From Gammaproteobacteria bacterium (GTDB lineage: Bacteria > Pseudomonadota > Gammaproteobacteria > JBCCGL01): a DNA stretch of 64,000 nt. Each line of letters opens with the position of its first letter. Position 1 is the stretch's first letter. Below are positions 53,600 to 63,368 of this stretch, piece after piece. A model generated the notes under the pieces. That model was given only the letters and a program-made list of their open reading frames with translations. It was not told where the DNA came from and did not search any database. The stretch lies in assembly GCA_965277715.1 (NCBI GenBank), contig OZ255836.1:3200001-3264000 (forward strand), read 5' to 3'. Both the position numbers and the translations under genes were made by a program.

Positions 53600-54562
53600 C
53601 TACGTGTGCGTTTTTACGTCCTGATACAGCAATTCGCTTATCTGTTGCAATTGGTTGAGATCATCTGCCCGGTGTAATTGGCGAATGGGTACATTCGCCG
53701 CAATTTTGTGAAAATCCGTAAACTCCCGCGCCCGCAATGATGCGTTAATGACACCGTAACCTACGTGGCTGTTTCTCAATAACGTTACCATTTTATCCTG
53801 AGTTGGAATATCGCTTATACATGGTTTCGGGTAATTGTTATCGCGCTGACCCAAGACGTATATCGCTGCCAGCGGCAATGGTTCACGGGAAAATAAAATA
53901 CCGGAATCCAAATAACGTTTATCAATATAGGAGGTGACTTTGCAGAGACTGTCGGGCTCAAATTGTAAGGCCCGCAAAGATTCAGGCCAGAGCCGTATGC
54001 GGGAATAACCCGGCTGTACCCGTATCTGCCGCCCGGAGAAATCAGGTGCGACAACATCATCGGCAAGCACAGACCAACCACTTTTTACCAGAGCGGCAGC
54101 CGTAGTGGATTTCCCCACCTCTTTCTCGCCCACAATGACAACTGCCTTACCGTCTATACCCACCACACTGCCATGAAGACACGACACACCACGCGAACGC
54201 AATACAAACCCCAATCCAGGCCCCAGCAAATAAGCATCAATATCCGCGAGTGGCATATTGTCAGACCAGGAAAGCCAAAGTTGGCCGCTGGTTTGCCCCA
54301 AATACAAAGAAAAGCAGCGTTGCAGGCGTTGAAGCGTAATCTTTACCTGCAAATATGCCTGGTCGTATTTAGCTGAGTACAGGTTAATTTGAGGGTAGTT
54401 ACGCAACCCCGTGTTGTGGATGGATTGCCAATGTAAATCAGCAGGCGGGCTTTTTTCCCAATCTATCTGAATGTCGGTTGTGGCCTGTTTTTTTATTGCC
54501 GTCACACCCTCTAGCGGGCGGGTACTACTGACGGATAAACCATAAATACGATGATAGTGCAT
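53600..54562 (-). CDS. HPr-kinase-related P-loop kinase (type found with lasso/PqqD clusters)
   Basis: LHGS, Walker A GEKEVGKSTT, LADD and RLWP motifs. Confidence 0.8.
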   Translation of the reverse strand: MHYHRIYGLSVSSTRPLEGVTAIKKQATTDIQIDWEKSPPADLHWQSIHNTGLRNYPQINLYSAKYDQAYLQVKITLQRLQRCFSLYLGQTSGQLWLSWSDNMPLADIDAYLLGPGLGFVLRSRGVSCLHGSVVGIDGKAVVIVGEKEVGKSTTAAALVKSGWSVLADDVVAPDFSGRQIRVQPGYSRIRLWPESLRALQFEPDSLCKVTSYIDKRYLDSGILFSREPLPLAAIYVLGQRDNNYPKPCISDIPTQDKMVTLLRNSHVGYGVINASLRAREFTDFHKIAANVPIRQLHRADDLNQLQQISELLYQDVKTHT

Positions 54563-54579
54563 AAAAGCGTATCTACACG

Positions 54580-55032
54580 TTATCGAGTGGAATTATCTGG
54601 TGGGGTGATAGGCCTTTCGAAAGGTACAAAGCGTTTTGCTACATCGGTGCGGTCGTTAATTGGAATGCCCTTATATTCCAACCAGGCGTGGGCATTGATT
54701 TTCTGCTCTGACCATTGGGCGCCAAACTGCAAATCGGGGTTGACCCCCTGCCCCAACAATAACCAGCGTAACGCCAAAGACTGGGAAAGACACCGACCCG
54801 GCAACCAGCCCCGCCGGGTAAGCGCCGAGTACGCCCAGCGATAGGGTTGGATAAGGCCTTTATGGGCAGCCGCGTCCACGCACGCGGGCAGGCGGGACAA
54901 TAACCTGTAAGTGCGGCTAAAACCAAATAGATAAAGGCATACCTCAACGACAGGCACCAGCAACAGCAACTGAAAGACAATAACAGTTTTCGAGAATGAC
55001 AATGATCGCAAGCGGCGGAGGGATTGATACAT
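54580..55032 (-). CDS. Lasso peptide biosynthesis B2-like transglutaminase-fold peptidase
   Basis: CLSQSLAL and AHAWLE catalytic Cys/His motifs; 150 aa. Confidence 0.85.
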   Translation of the reverse strand: MYQSLRRLRSLSFSKTVIVFQLLLLVPVVEVCLYLFGFSRTYRLLSRLPACVDAAAHKGLIQPYRWAYSALTRRGWLPGRCLSQSLALRWLLLGQGVNPDLQFGAQWSEQKINAHAWLEYKGIPINDRTDVAKRFVPFERPITPPDNSTR

Positions 55033-55447
55033 TTTTTTACTACACGTACTATACCAAGAGAGTAGACGGCTAAGCAGTCTTCGTCAATAACGACGATACC
55101 TGATTTGCTGGGAGCCTGTCGAGTTTAGGCGCCCGTAACGAGGGAAAGACCAATTTGAGTCATTTTTTGCGCACTCTTAAAGAACATAGTGGTTCTATTT
55201 GACGGAATGTTATGCAAAAAAGGTGCATAAAAAAGGGCCAAATCGGCTTTTCCGCAGTAGAGCAGTCCTGAATCTGACAGACACCTAGTATTAGCTTTTG
55301 AATAGCACCCGAATAACAGTACCACAGGTAGTTATGGAAACCATGCTCCAGCACAAAATATGGTACTGCCAATCTATACATGCTCACCCAAAAATTCAGG
55401 TAAAAACGTAATAACACCAGCCCAATAACACGCTGCTTAGGTATCTA

Positions 55448-56674
55448 TTGATGAAGACGAGAACTCCCCCCACGCCACCAGAGCTAGAGATGCTTTTTTT
55501 ATGCGTAAGAGATTTTCTCGGCCAAAATATTGAATCGCAAATCAGTCGCCTGGTAACTGGAGAATTTTCGTGGGAGAAATGCTATCAGCAATCTATCAAT
55601 CACCAAATAACGCCATTAGTCTGGCATCAATTGAAAAAAAGAGACGATCTATCAATACCGCCTTACATCTATCAGGCTTTTGATGATTTTTGTAAAAAAA
55701 ATAACCGTAAAGCATCGATACACAATCTGGAAATTGCAAAAATAGCCCGCGTATTTGCACAGCAGGATATTTCATTTTTTGCATTCAAAGGTATGACGCT
55801 TGCACTACACACATACGGTAGCCTTTCATTGCGCCATGCAGGTGATATAGACCTAATGTTACTGGATGTTGAAATGTTGCCCGCAGCAGATGCACTTATC
55901 CTCGCTTTAGGGTACGAGAGATATCAAAGTCACCCTAAAAACCTAACACCAAAACAAAAAAAATATTTCTATAAGCTATACAAAGATATAGTCTATGTAC
56001 ACCCCATTTCAGGCATTATACTTGAACTACACCACCGTTGGCTTTTATACGAAGAGCTTTTTCCGATGGCGGTAAAGGACGCCTGGAAAAAAAGACAAAC
56101 CATGACGTTAAGCAATACAAAAATATCTTATTTAAACCCGTACGATCATTTACTTTATCTGTTTTGTCACGGCGCAATCAGCGTATGGTTTCGGGCAAAA
56201 TGGCTGGCTGATATAGCCGTTATTATCAAAGACTGGCGCCAATCAGATTTTCAAATATTACGAGATTACGCTGATAAGTTAGGCATAACGAAAATGGTAT
56301 TTACAGGATTGCTATTATCTAACCGATATTATTCAGTACCAAATAATGATTCACTGTCTGTTTTTCAGCAAGGCTATAAAATTGAAAGCGTTGAAAATGC
56401 CTGCCGGTATGTTTCAAGGCAAATAATTACACAAAGCATCCTTATTATGCACACGAAAAAAATGGTTCATAAAGTGCCTGATTCTTATCAATACATTCAA
56501 TACCACTTAGGGCTTAGAGACAATATTCGCTATAAAAAGAATTTACTGTTAGTTCACACAGCCAACATCGATGACTGGAAAATAATAAAACTTCCAGATC
56601 GTTTATTTTTTCTTTACTTCCTATTGCGACCTTTTTTATGGCTTTATCGTCATTACTCTAGAGAACCTAGCTAA
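55448..56674 (+). CDS. Nucleotidyltransferase family protein (NTP_transf_5-like)
   Basis: FKGMTLA, RHAGDIDL, LELHHR, HG...W and KWLADI motifs. Confidence 0.82.
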   Translation: MMKTRTPPTPPELEMLFLCVRDFLGQNIESQISRLVTGEFSWEKCYQQSINHQITPLVWHQLKKRDDLSIPPYIYQAFDDFCKKNNRKASIHNLEIAKIARVFAQQDISFFAFKGMTLALHTYGSLSLRHAGDIDLMLLDVEMLPAADALILALGYERYQSHPKNLTPKQKKYFYKLYKDIVYVHPISGIILELHHRWLLYEELFPMAVKDAWKKRQTMTLSNTKISYLNPYDHLLYLFCHGAISVWFRAKWLADIAVIIKDWRQSDFQILRDYADKLGITKMVFTGLLLSNRYYSVPNNDSLSVFQQGYKIESVENACRYVSRQIITQSILIMHTKKMVHKVPDSYQYIQYHLGLRDNIRYKKNLLLVHTANIDDWKIIKLPDRLFFLYFLLRPFLWLYRHYSREPS

Positions 56675-56732
56675 CCCGAATATAATGCCTGAGTTAATTT
56701 CTTTATCCTGCACAACTGCACTGTTAGGGAAC

Positions 56733-56860
56733 GTGCACGAAATAATTTCCGCTTTAAAAATATTATTTAAATAATGCGCTGTGTTTTCACAACACATTCA
56801 GCCAGCCCGGATATAAGGTAAATCGGTGCATTTGCAAATCCCGGAATTTATTTCGTGCAC
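56733..56860. mobile_element. Small MITE-like element with 19-bp terminal inverted repeats
   Basis: GTGCACGAAATAATTTCCG (56733-56751) versus CGGAATTTATTTCGTGCAC (56842-56860), one mismatch. Confidence 0.6.
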
Positions 56861-56904
56861 ACTCCTGATATGTATTAGCTTGTGTGCAAATTAATACATG
56901 ATGT

Positions 56905-57330
56905 CTAAGGGCGCAACTCAACCAATAACACAATAGCCACCAGCAACAGCACCGGTACCTCATTAAACCACCGGTACCAGATATGGCTGTGTTGGTTATT
57001 ATCCTGTTTAAAACGCAGCCACAATACAATACACCAACCATGATAAACCACCAGCAGCGCTACCAACGCCAGTTTCCACTGCAACCAGCTTTGCGCGAGC
57101 GCACCCTCCGGGTACAACGCTAACAACCAAAAACCAAAAGCTATAGTCAACACACCACCGGGGGTGGTAATCCCCCATAGCAGCTTACGTTCCATAACTT
57201 TAAACCGCGCAATGCTGATCGCATCTTCTGCACTGGCGTGATACACAAATAAACGCGGCAGATAAAATAACCCGGCGAACCAGGTCACCATAAAAATAAT
57301 ATGGAATGCCTTAATTGTAAGAAAACCCAT
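56905..57330 (-). CDS. hemJ: Protoporphyrinogen IX oxidase HemJ (CopD/UPF0093 family)
   Basis: KAFHIIFMVTWFAGLFYLPRLFVYH, MERKL and RWFNEVP motifs. Confidence 0.9.
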   Translation of the reverse strand: MGFLTIKAFHIIFMVTWFAGLFYLPRLFVYHASAEDAISIARFKVMERKLLWGITTPGGVLTIAFGFWLLALYPEGALAQSWLQWKLALVALLVVYHGWCIVLWLRFKQDNNQHSHIWYRWFNEVPVLLLVAIVLLVELRP

Positions 57331-57347
57331 TGCGGTTGTTTTCAGAT

Positions 57348-57860
57348 TTAACTGCTGCGTGCGTCGAGCATCGCGATAATATCGTCACGCAAACGGGCAA
57401 TATCCATTTCACCTATTTTCCTGAAGACAATCCGCCCATCCGGGTGAATAAGGTAATTGCTCGGTGTCAACCGAACACCGTCAAATGCTTTGGCAATGCT
57501 ACCGTCAATATCCAGTGAAATTGTATAAGGCACCTGCCATCGTTGTACTGTTTCCAACACATGGTTGGGTGGGTCATAATCCATCGCCACACCAACAATT
57601 TCCAAACCCCGCTCATGCAGTTCCTTATACAGACTGATCAAGTGTGGCATTTCCTGCATACAGCCAACGCATGAGGTCGCCCAAAACGTCACCAACACCG
57701 GCTTGCCGCGCAAATCATGCAGCGCCAGGTTTTCACCCTTCAGGGTTTTAAATGAAACAGTCGGCGCTTGATTTAAACCACCAGGCGCAAGCCACACATA
57801 AGCAAGTGCCGCTATAAACACCAGCGCAACACCCGCGATACCAATATCTTTGAGTTTCAT
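57348..57860 (-). CDS. TlpA-family thiol-disulfide oxidoreductase
   Basis: N-terminal anchor; FWATSCVGCMQEMP active site. Confidence 0.9.
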   Translation of the reverse strand: MKLKDIGIAGVALVFIAALAYVWLAPGGLNQAPTVSFKTLKGENLALHDLRGKPVLVTFWATSCVGCMQEMPHLISLYKELHERGLEIVGVAMDYDPPNHVLETVQRWQVPYTISLDIDGSIAKAFDGVRLTPSNYLIHPDGRIVFRKIGEMDIARLRDDIIAMLDARSS

Positions 57861-58007
57861 AGTGAGACAGTAGACAAAAACAAAATCATAGTCGTTAATA
57901 ACGTTTGTTTACCAGCTTTTTACGCGCTGTTGTAAAAATACTATCGGCATCAGGTACAATTCCTCTTTTTTTGTTGGCACAAAGCCGACCCTGCCAGAGT
58001 AAACACT

Positions 58008-58502
58008 ATGTCTGACGATAATGCACAACCGGAACAACCCACAACACCCCAGCAGCAGTTCAACATTACCAAACTCTATGTAAAAGATGTATCGTTCGAA
58101 TCACCACGGGTACCTGAGCTATTCGCCAACAATACCCAGTGGAACCCACACGTCAATCTGCAACTCAATACCGAGAGCCGCTCTATTGCCGAAGGCCTCT
58201 ATGAAGTGGTGCTCAGCGTAACCGTCACCGCTACTATCGAGGAAAAAACCGCCTATCTCGTGGAAGTAAAGCAAGCGGGCATATTCATCGTTAAAGGCTT
58301 TGATGCATCCGTGCGCGATAATCTGCTGGGCAGTCACTGCCCGAATGGGCTGTTTCCCTTTGCGCGTGAAGTGGTCTCCGGCCTGGTATCAAAGGCGGGG
58401 TTTCCCGTGCTGATGCTCGAACCGATCAATTTCGAGACGCTATACGCCCAACATTTGGCAAAAGCCAGGCAGAATGCGCCAGCCCCCACCACGCCCCAAT
58501 AG
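58008..58502 (+). CDS. secB: Protein-export chaperone SecB
   Basis: YVKDVSFESP, EVKQAGIF and FPFARE motifs; upstream of gpsA. Confidence 0.96.
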   Translation: MSDDNAQPEQPTTPQQQFNITKLYVKDVSFESPRVPELFANNTQWNPHVNLQLNTESRSIAEGLYEVVLSVTVTATIEEKTAYLVEVKQAGIFIVKGFDASVRDNLLGSHCPNGLFPFAREVVSGLVSKAGFPVLMLEPINFETLYAQHLAKARQNAPAPTTPQ

Positions 58503-58524
58503 CTTTTAGCTTACTTTAATCTCC

Positions 58525-59529
58525 ATGCCTGAAAGCGCACGTATCACCGTTATTGGTGCAGGCTCCTGGGGTACAGCGCTGGCCTGCCATCTCACCAGGA
58601 ACGGTCATTGTGTCAGCTTATGGGGCCGAAACCGTGCTCAGTTGCTGAATATGGCCCGCGAGCGGGTCAATGCCCGCTATCTACCGGGTATGCCGCTGCC
58701 CGCCTCGCTTAATTGTGAGACACAACTGGCGCCTTGTATTACCCGCTGTGATGCGCTGTTGATAGCGACGCCCAGCCACGCTTTTCGCGATACGCTGCAA
58801 ATGATTGCCACTGAAAAATACCCTTTGCTGCCCTTGATATGGGCGTGTAAAGGTCTGGAACCAGGTACAGCACAGCCATTGGATTTATTGGCGCGGGAAA
58901 TTCTCGGTGAATCTTTGTCCAGTGCGGTGATATCCGGCCCCAGCTTTGCCAAAGAACTCATGCAGGGATTACCTACCGCGATTAGCGTCGCTGCGCAAGA
59001 CAGCGCCTTCGCCGAGCGCGTGGCGACCTGGCTGCACAGCGATACTTTTCGCGCCTATTACAGCAGTGATGTTATCGGTGTTGAAATTGCCGGTGCGTTG
59101 AAAAATGTATTTGCGATTGCCGCCGGTATTGCCGATGGCCTCGATTTTGGTGCCAACGCCCGCGCTGCCTTAATTACCCGTGGCCTGGCCGAGCTAATGC
59201 GCCTTGGGGTGGCAATGGGGGGGCAACGGGAAACATTTATGGGGTTGGCCGGCATGGGTGATCTGGTACTGACCTGTACCGATAACCTGTCGCGCAATCG
59301 GCGTATGGGATTAGCACTGGCGCGTGGTTTATCCGTCGAGGCAGCACTTGCTGAAATTGCCCAGGCGGTAGAGGGTGTCGGCACCACACGTGAGGCGATG
59401 CGTTTGTCCCGGCGATACGCCATTGAAATGCCGATAACGGAGCAGATTTATGCCGTGCTCTACGAGCAAAAACCACCACAGCAGGCGGTGCGCGATTTAC
59501 TGGCACGGGAGCCTCGGGCTGAAATTTAA
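58525..59529 (+). CDS. gpsA: NAD(P)H-dependent glycerol-3-phosphate dehydrogenase
   Basis: GAGSWGTALA, SGPSFA and GDLVLTCTDNLSRNRR motifs. Confidence 0.96.
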   Translation: MPESARITVIGAGSWGTALACHLTRNGHCVSLWGRNRAQLLNMARERVNARYLPGMPLPASLNCETQLAPCITRCDALLIATPSHAFRDTLQMIATEKYPLLPLIWACKGLEPGTAQPLDLLAREILGESLSSAVISGPSFAKELMQGLPTAISVAAQDSAFAERVATWLHSDTFRAYYSSDVIGVEIAGALKNVFAIAAGIADGLDFGANARAALITRGLAELMRLGVAMGGQRETFMGLAGMGDLVLTCTDNLSRNRRMGLALARGLSVEAALAEIAQAVEGVGTTREAMRLSRRYAIEMPITEQIYAVLYEQKPPQQAVRDLLAREPRAEI

Positions 59530-59561
59530 CGCCTTTGTGTAAACTAACCAAAGAGAGCACG

Positions 59562-60635
59562 GTGAAAAAATACAAAATTGCAGCGATTCCAGGTGACGGT
59601 ATTGGTACTGAGGTCATTCAGGCAGGCGTTGATGTTTTACATGAGCTGACCACCAAATGCGCTGGCGCCTTTCAGTTCGAGGTCGATTTCTTTGACTGGG
59701 GTTCAAGCTACTACAAAAAGCACGGCGTGATGATGCCCGGTGATGGCCGCGAGCAACTACGGCCTTACGATGCGATCTATTTTGGCGCCGTAGGCGCCCC
59801 CGATGTGCCCGACCATATAACACTATGGGGTTTGCGATTAGCCATCTGCCAATCGTTCGACCAGTACGCGAATGTACGCCCGGCACGGGTGTTACCCGGC
59901 ATAGCCAGCCCCCTGCGAACCGTACAGGGGCCAGAGCTGGACTGGGTTATCGTGCGTGAAAACACTGAAGGTGAATACGCTGGCCAAGGCGGGCGGGCGC
60001 ATGTAGGTCTGCCTGAAGAGGTGGCAACTGAGGTATCCATTTTTACCCGCTCAGGGGTAACGCGGGTAATGCGCTTTGCGTTTGCACTGGCACAGCGCCG
60101 ACCCCGTAAGCGGTTAACCGTTGTCACCAAGTCCAATGCCCAGCGCCATGCGATGGTCATGTGGGACGAAATTGCAGCCAAGGTTGCAACAGAATTTTCA
60201 GACGTGAGCTGGGATAAAATGCTGGTCGATGCCATGACCATGCGCATGACCTTACAGCCTGAAAGCCTGGATACCATCGTCGCGACCAACCTACACGCCG
60301 ACATTTTATCTGACCTGGCCGCTTCCTTTAGCGGCTCTCTGGGCATCGCCCCCACCGCAAACCTGAACCCAGAGCGACAATTTCCTTCAATGTTCGAGCC
60401 GATTCACGGTTCTGCCTTTGATATTACCGGCAAGGGGATTGCAAACCCTATCGGGACCTTTTGGACGGCGGTCTTGATGCTGGAACACCTGGGCGAGGCA
60501 ACAGCATCTGAAATACTAATGCAGGCTATTGAGCGAACGACGGCAAACCCTGCTTTACATACGCCTGATCTTGGCGGAACAGCAACAACTGATGTCGTGA
60601 CGCGTGCTGTTATTGAGTTCATTCGTGGAGATTGA
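59562..60635 (+). CDS. dmlA: Tartrate dehydrogenase / D-malate dehydrogenase (decarboxylating)
   Basis: IPGDGIG, VPDHITLWG, TKSNAQ and FEPIHGSAFDI motifs; GTG start at 59562. Confidence 0.85.
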   Translation: MKKYKIAAIPGDGIGTEVIQAGVDVLHELTTKCAGAFQFEVDFFDWGSSYYKKHGVMMPGDGREQLRPYDAIYFGAVGAPDVPDHITLWGLRLAICQSFDQYANVRPARVLPGIASPLRTVQGPELDWVIVRENTEGEYAGQGGRAHVGLPEEVATEVSIFTRSGVTRVMRFAFALAQRRPRKRLTVVTKSNAQRHAMVMWDEIAAKVATEFSDVSWDKMLVDAMTMRMTLQPESLDTIVATNLHADILSDLAASFSGSLGIAPTANLNPERQFPSMFEPIHGSAFDITGKGIANPIGTFWTAVLMLEHLGEATASEILMQAIERTTANPALHTPDLGGTATTDVVTRAVIEFIRGD

Positions 60636-60671
60636 TGGTTTTTAGACTGCCCCTGGATACAAGGGAGAGAA

Positions 60672-60689
60672 TGGTGGCCAGGGACAGAA
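60672..60689 (-). other. tRNA-Phe-like 3'-end fragment (putative att core of an integrative element)
   Basis: Reverse complement TTCTGTCCCTGGCCACCA resembles the T-arm/acceptor 3' end of proteobacterial tRNA-Phe; adjacent to an integrase. Confidence 0.6.
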
Positions 60690-60761
60690 AGATTTGCATG
60701 GAGCAAATCTTCATAAGCGATAGCGCACCCGCAGGGTGAGGCGCAAGGACGCGCCGAATAA

Positions 60762-61586
60762 TCTATAAGAAAACTACAATTACCTAACACCAAACAAAAA
60801 ATACATTATGGCGATAACTTAGCTGGGTTTGGTATTAGACTTTTAACATGGTCAAAATCGTTTGTAGTTGTCTACAGAAAGCAAAGACGTACAAAGACAA
60901 TTGGTCGATATCATGATATCAGCTTGTCTGATGCACGCAAAGAAGCGAGGTTGTTTCTTGCGATGCCGCAGACGGCAGTTTCGTCGAAGGGTAATACCTA
61001 TTTTTTTGATGCTGTTTCGAATTTTTTGGAAGAAGCGGAAAGTCGTAACCGTGTGGAAACACTGAGGCAATACCGCCGTCACCTCAAGGCATTTGGAAGT
61101 AAGAAGAAACTTGGTGCTATTACGCGCGACGATATTCGAAATGAATATCCTAACTTCTCAACCATTGTGAAGTTGGCAATTTTGACTGGACAACGACGAT
61201 CTGAAATCGCTTCAATTTTTCCTGATTGGATAGAGAAAGACATATTGGTATTTCCATCATCAATCACAAAAAATAAGCGAACGCATCGAATTCCAATAAC
61301 TCCAAGAGTTTTCAGACTTCTTGAAAGAAGCCCGTTTGGGAAAGGCGATGCATTTAATGGGTGGAGTAACGGCAGGCGTCGTGTTGACAAGGAGGTTAAT
61401 ATTGATCATTGGACACTCCATGACCTACGCCGTACCTTTGCGACCATACACGCGGAAATTGGTACGCCTATCCACATTACTGAACGACTTCTGAACCATG
61501 TATCTGGCACGATCTCTGGAGTGGCTGCTGTCTATAGTCGTCACTCATATATCGGTGAAATGCGTGAAGCGCTTGAAAACTATTAA
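60762..61586 (+). pseudogene. Tyrosine recombinase/integrase, 5'-truncated and apparently internally deleted
   Basis: The frame is open from 60762 with an arm-binding motif (GFGIR...KSFVV...TIGRYHDISLSDARKEA) but has no ATG. Catalytic motifs TGQRRSE, TKN, HDLRRT, LNH and AVY are present. The core-binding domain is abnormally short. Confidence 0.8.
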
Positions 61587-61751
61587 TGCCATATTTTCAA
61601 ACGATTCGAAGAGATAAAAGACGCCTCGTAAGAGTTAAGGTATCACGTTCACTTGAAAGACTTTATGACAGAAAGAGAAAGTAAAAAGGGAGCCGCCGAC
61701 ATTGTACAAACGATGACTCCCCCACCCCTTGCATAGGAGTTGTCAGTTGAA

Positions 61752-61880
61752 CTATCTAGTTTCCAAAAGTTGCTCAATCCAAGTATCTACTTCTTCACGT
61801 ACCCAGAAGGCTTTTGAATTTTGGCATCCATTTCCTGCGGGTTTAACTCGCTTTGGAAATTGATCTGCGTTCTCTGTTAT
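61752..61880 (-). pseudogene. AlpA-family excisionase/regulator remnant
   Basis: Manual translation ...ENADQFPKRVKPAGNGCQNSKAFWVREEVDTWIEQLLETR* matches the AlpA C-terminal pattern (FP..V....W...EV..WI). No start codon or N-terminal helix. Confidence 0.55.
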
Positions 61881-61902
61881 TTTAGCGTGCTCAATGAAGG
61901 TG

Positions 61903-62409
61903 TCAAAACCCATTTTGCTTTAGTTGCTTGACGGTCAAAAATAGACTCCCTTTGGGGTCTCCCGGCACTGCCAAAAATCCTTGTCGTTCGTAGAAAGGTC
62001 TAACATCTGCATATAACGGGTGAGTTAACACGCCGACAATGCCCACAGACTGTGAGATGGCAACCGTGAGTTGCAGGGCGAACTTGAGCAAGTCGGCACC
62101 GAGGCCTTGCCCCTGATATTTAATATCAATGGCGAGCCGTCCTAATATCAAAACCGGTATGGGATCGGGCAGGTTTCGCTGCTTGGTTTTTTGCAAGTAC
62201 GCTCGCTCAATCTGTCCGGTCGCCAAGGTCACATAGCCTGCTACTTGGTCGGTTTCTTTATCAAAAACCACATAGGTACGTGACGCATTTTGGTGCTCAT
62301 TACCCCACGCGTGGCGTTTGAACCAATGATTAAGGCTCTCGTGGCCACAATCAAAATTACCTCGGTTGTCGGTTTGCGCCAGCGGGCGTGGCGCGGTTAT
62401 TTTTCCCAT
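61903..62409 (-). CDS. GNAT acetyltransferase toxin (AtaT/TacT-like)
   Basis: FDCGHESLN, LGRLAID, QGQGLGADLL and FYERQGF motifs; overlaps a DUF1778 gene. Confidence 0.92.
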   Translation of the reverse strand: MGKITAPRPLAQTDNRGNFDCGHESLNHWFKRHAWGNEHQNASRTYVVFDKETDQVAGYVTLATGQIERAYLQKTKQRNLPDPIPVLILGRLAIDIKYQGQGLGADLLKFALQLTVAISQSVGIVGVLTHPLYADVRPFYERQGFLAVPGDPKGSLFLTVKQLKQNGF

Positions 62410-62663
62410 GCAGGCGGGCGTTGAGAAAGCTTTTTTAAGTTTGGAATATCGGTAGCAGGTGCCGCCAGCATGGCTTCAAAGTTTGCCCACTGATCGGAGG
62501 CAATCTGTACCACTCGACGCTCCATCAACTCTAATTCTGCCCCTTCTAAGGCTTTGCGGCGCATAAATTCGGCCACGGACGAGCGGGTACGTTCGGCGGC
62601 GTGTTGGATCATTATTTTTTCGTCTGGGCTGACTCGGACGCTGAGTATAGAACTAGATGGCAT
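62397..62663 (-). CDS. DUF1778 ribbon-helix-helix antitoxin
   Basis: LSVRVSPDEK...AA...SVAEFM...W..F..ML..P pattern; upstream of the GNAT toxin. Confidence 0.92.
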   Translation of the reverse strand: MPSSSILSVRVSPDEKIMIQHAAERTRSSVAEFMRRKALEGAELELMERRVVQIASDQWANFEAMLAAPATDIPNLKKLSQRPPAWEK

Positions 62664-62716
62664 TTTTTTAGATCGGCTATATGTATGTCATTAGCATACA
62701 CATGATTATGCCAATG

Positions 62717-63259
62717 TCAAAAATTCCGGCGGTTTTTGTCGTTCTTGAATTTTTCTGGAAATAATGTTGCCAAATGGGTTTGTACCGCCTCATAGTCGGG
62801 GGTGACAAAACAGTTGTCTCTGGAATATTCACCGAAGGCTCGCAATACGTCTAAATCTAAATTCCCTTCATTATCGCGAATTTTTAAGCCTTTTAAAGCG
62901 TCGTCGGTCATGCTCATATTGCGGTCACTACGCGCTGCGTCTCCTTTGGGGGTTTTAAGTTGGGCTTGCCAGCGAATCATGTTGAGTTCGTCATCACCGT
63001 AAAAATTTTCGCCGTTGTACCCCGAAAATGCGCCAAAAGTGGCGTTGATAATTTGGGCGGCGTCTTTTAATTTGAGTGGGTCTATACGGCTGGTGGCCGC
63101 CCAATCTAGTTGGGTTAGCGACATTAAATAACCACTTTCTCCGGCTTCTTCGGTCATCGCCCACAGTTGCAATAACTCAGCGGCGAGCGCTTTATCGTTG
63201 GGAGTCCAATCGGTTACTTCTACTTGCCAGCGGTCACCGTGCGAGGTGGTGGCTCGCAT
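62717..63259 (-). CDS. Hypothetical protein (island cargo, possibly a fragment)
   Basis: 180-aa ORF with protein-like composition; no motif recognised. Confidence 0.5.
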   Translation of the reverse strand: MRATTSHGDRWQVEVTDWTPNDKALAAELLQLWAMTEEAGESGYLMSLTQLDWAATSRIDPLKLKDAAQIINATFGAFSGYNGENFYGDDELNMIRWQAQLKTPKGDAARSDRNMSMTDDALKGLKIRDNEGNLDLDVLRAFGEYSRDNCFVTPDYEAVQTHLATLFPEKFKNDKNRRNF

Positions 63260-63368
63260 AAACTCATCTTGGCCGTTATCGGAGGTAAACCCTTCCGCCC
63301 AGGGTGAAACTTGAGCAGTGCGCTTTCGGGAAAAGCAAGTATGTACTGTGATCTAGCCGATGAAGCCA

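Noticed and set aside
55033-55447. Small ORFs (55125-55325, 55160-55417) as lasso precursor candidates
   Set aside because: No convincing YxxPxL leader, no Thr(-2)/Gly1 core with Asp/Glu at position 7-9, and no clear RBS. A very short precursor cannot be excluded.
60672-60760. Possible complete tRNA gene
   Set aside because: Only ~18 nt of a 3' end match, and the adjacent sequence does not form a cloverleaf. Treated as an att fragment.
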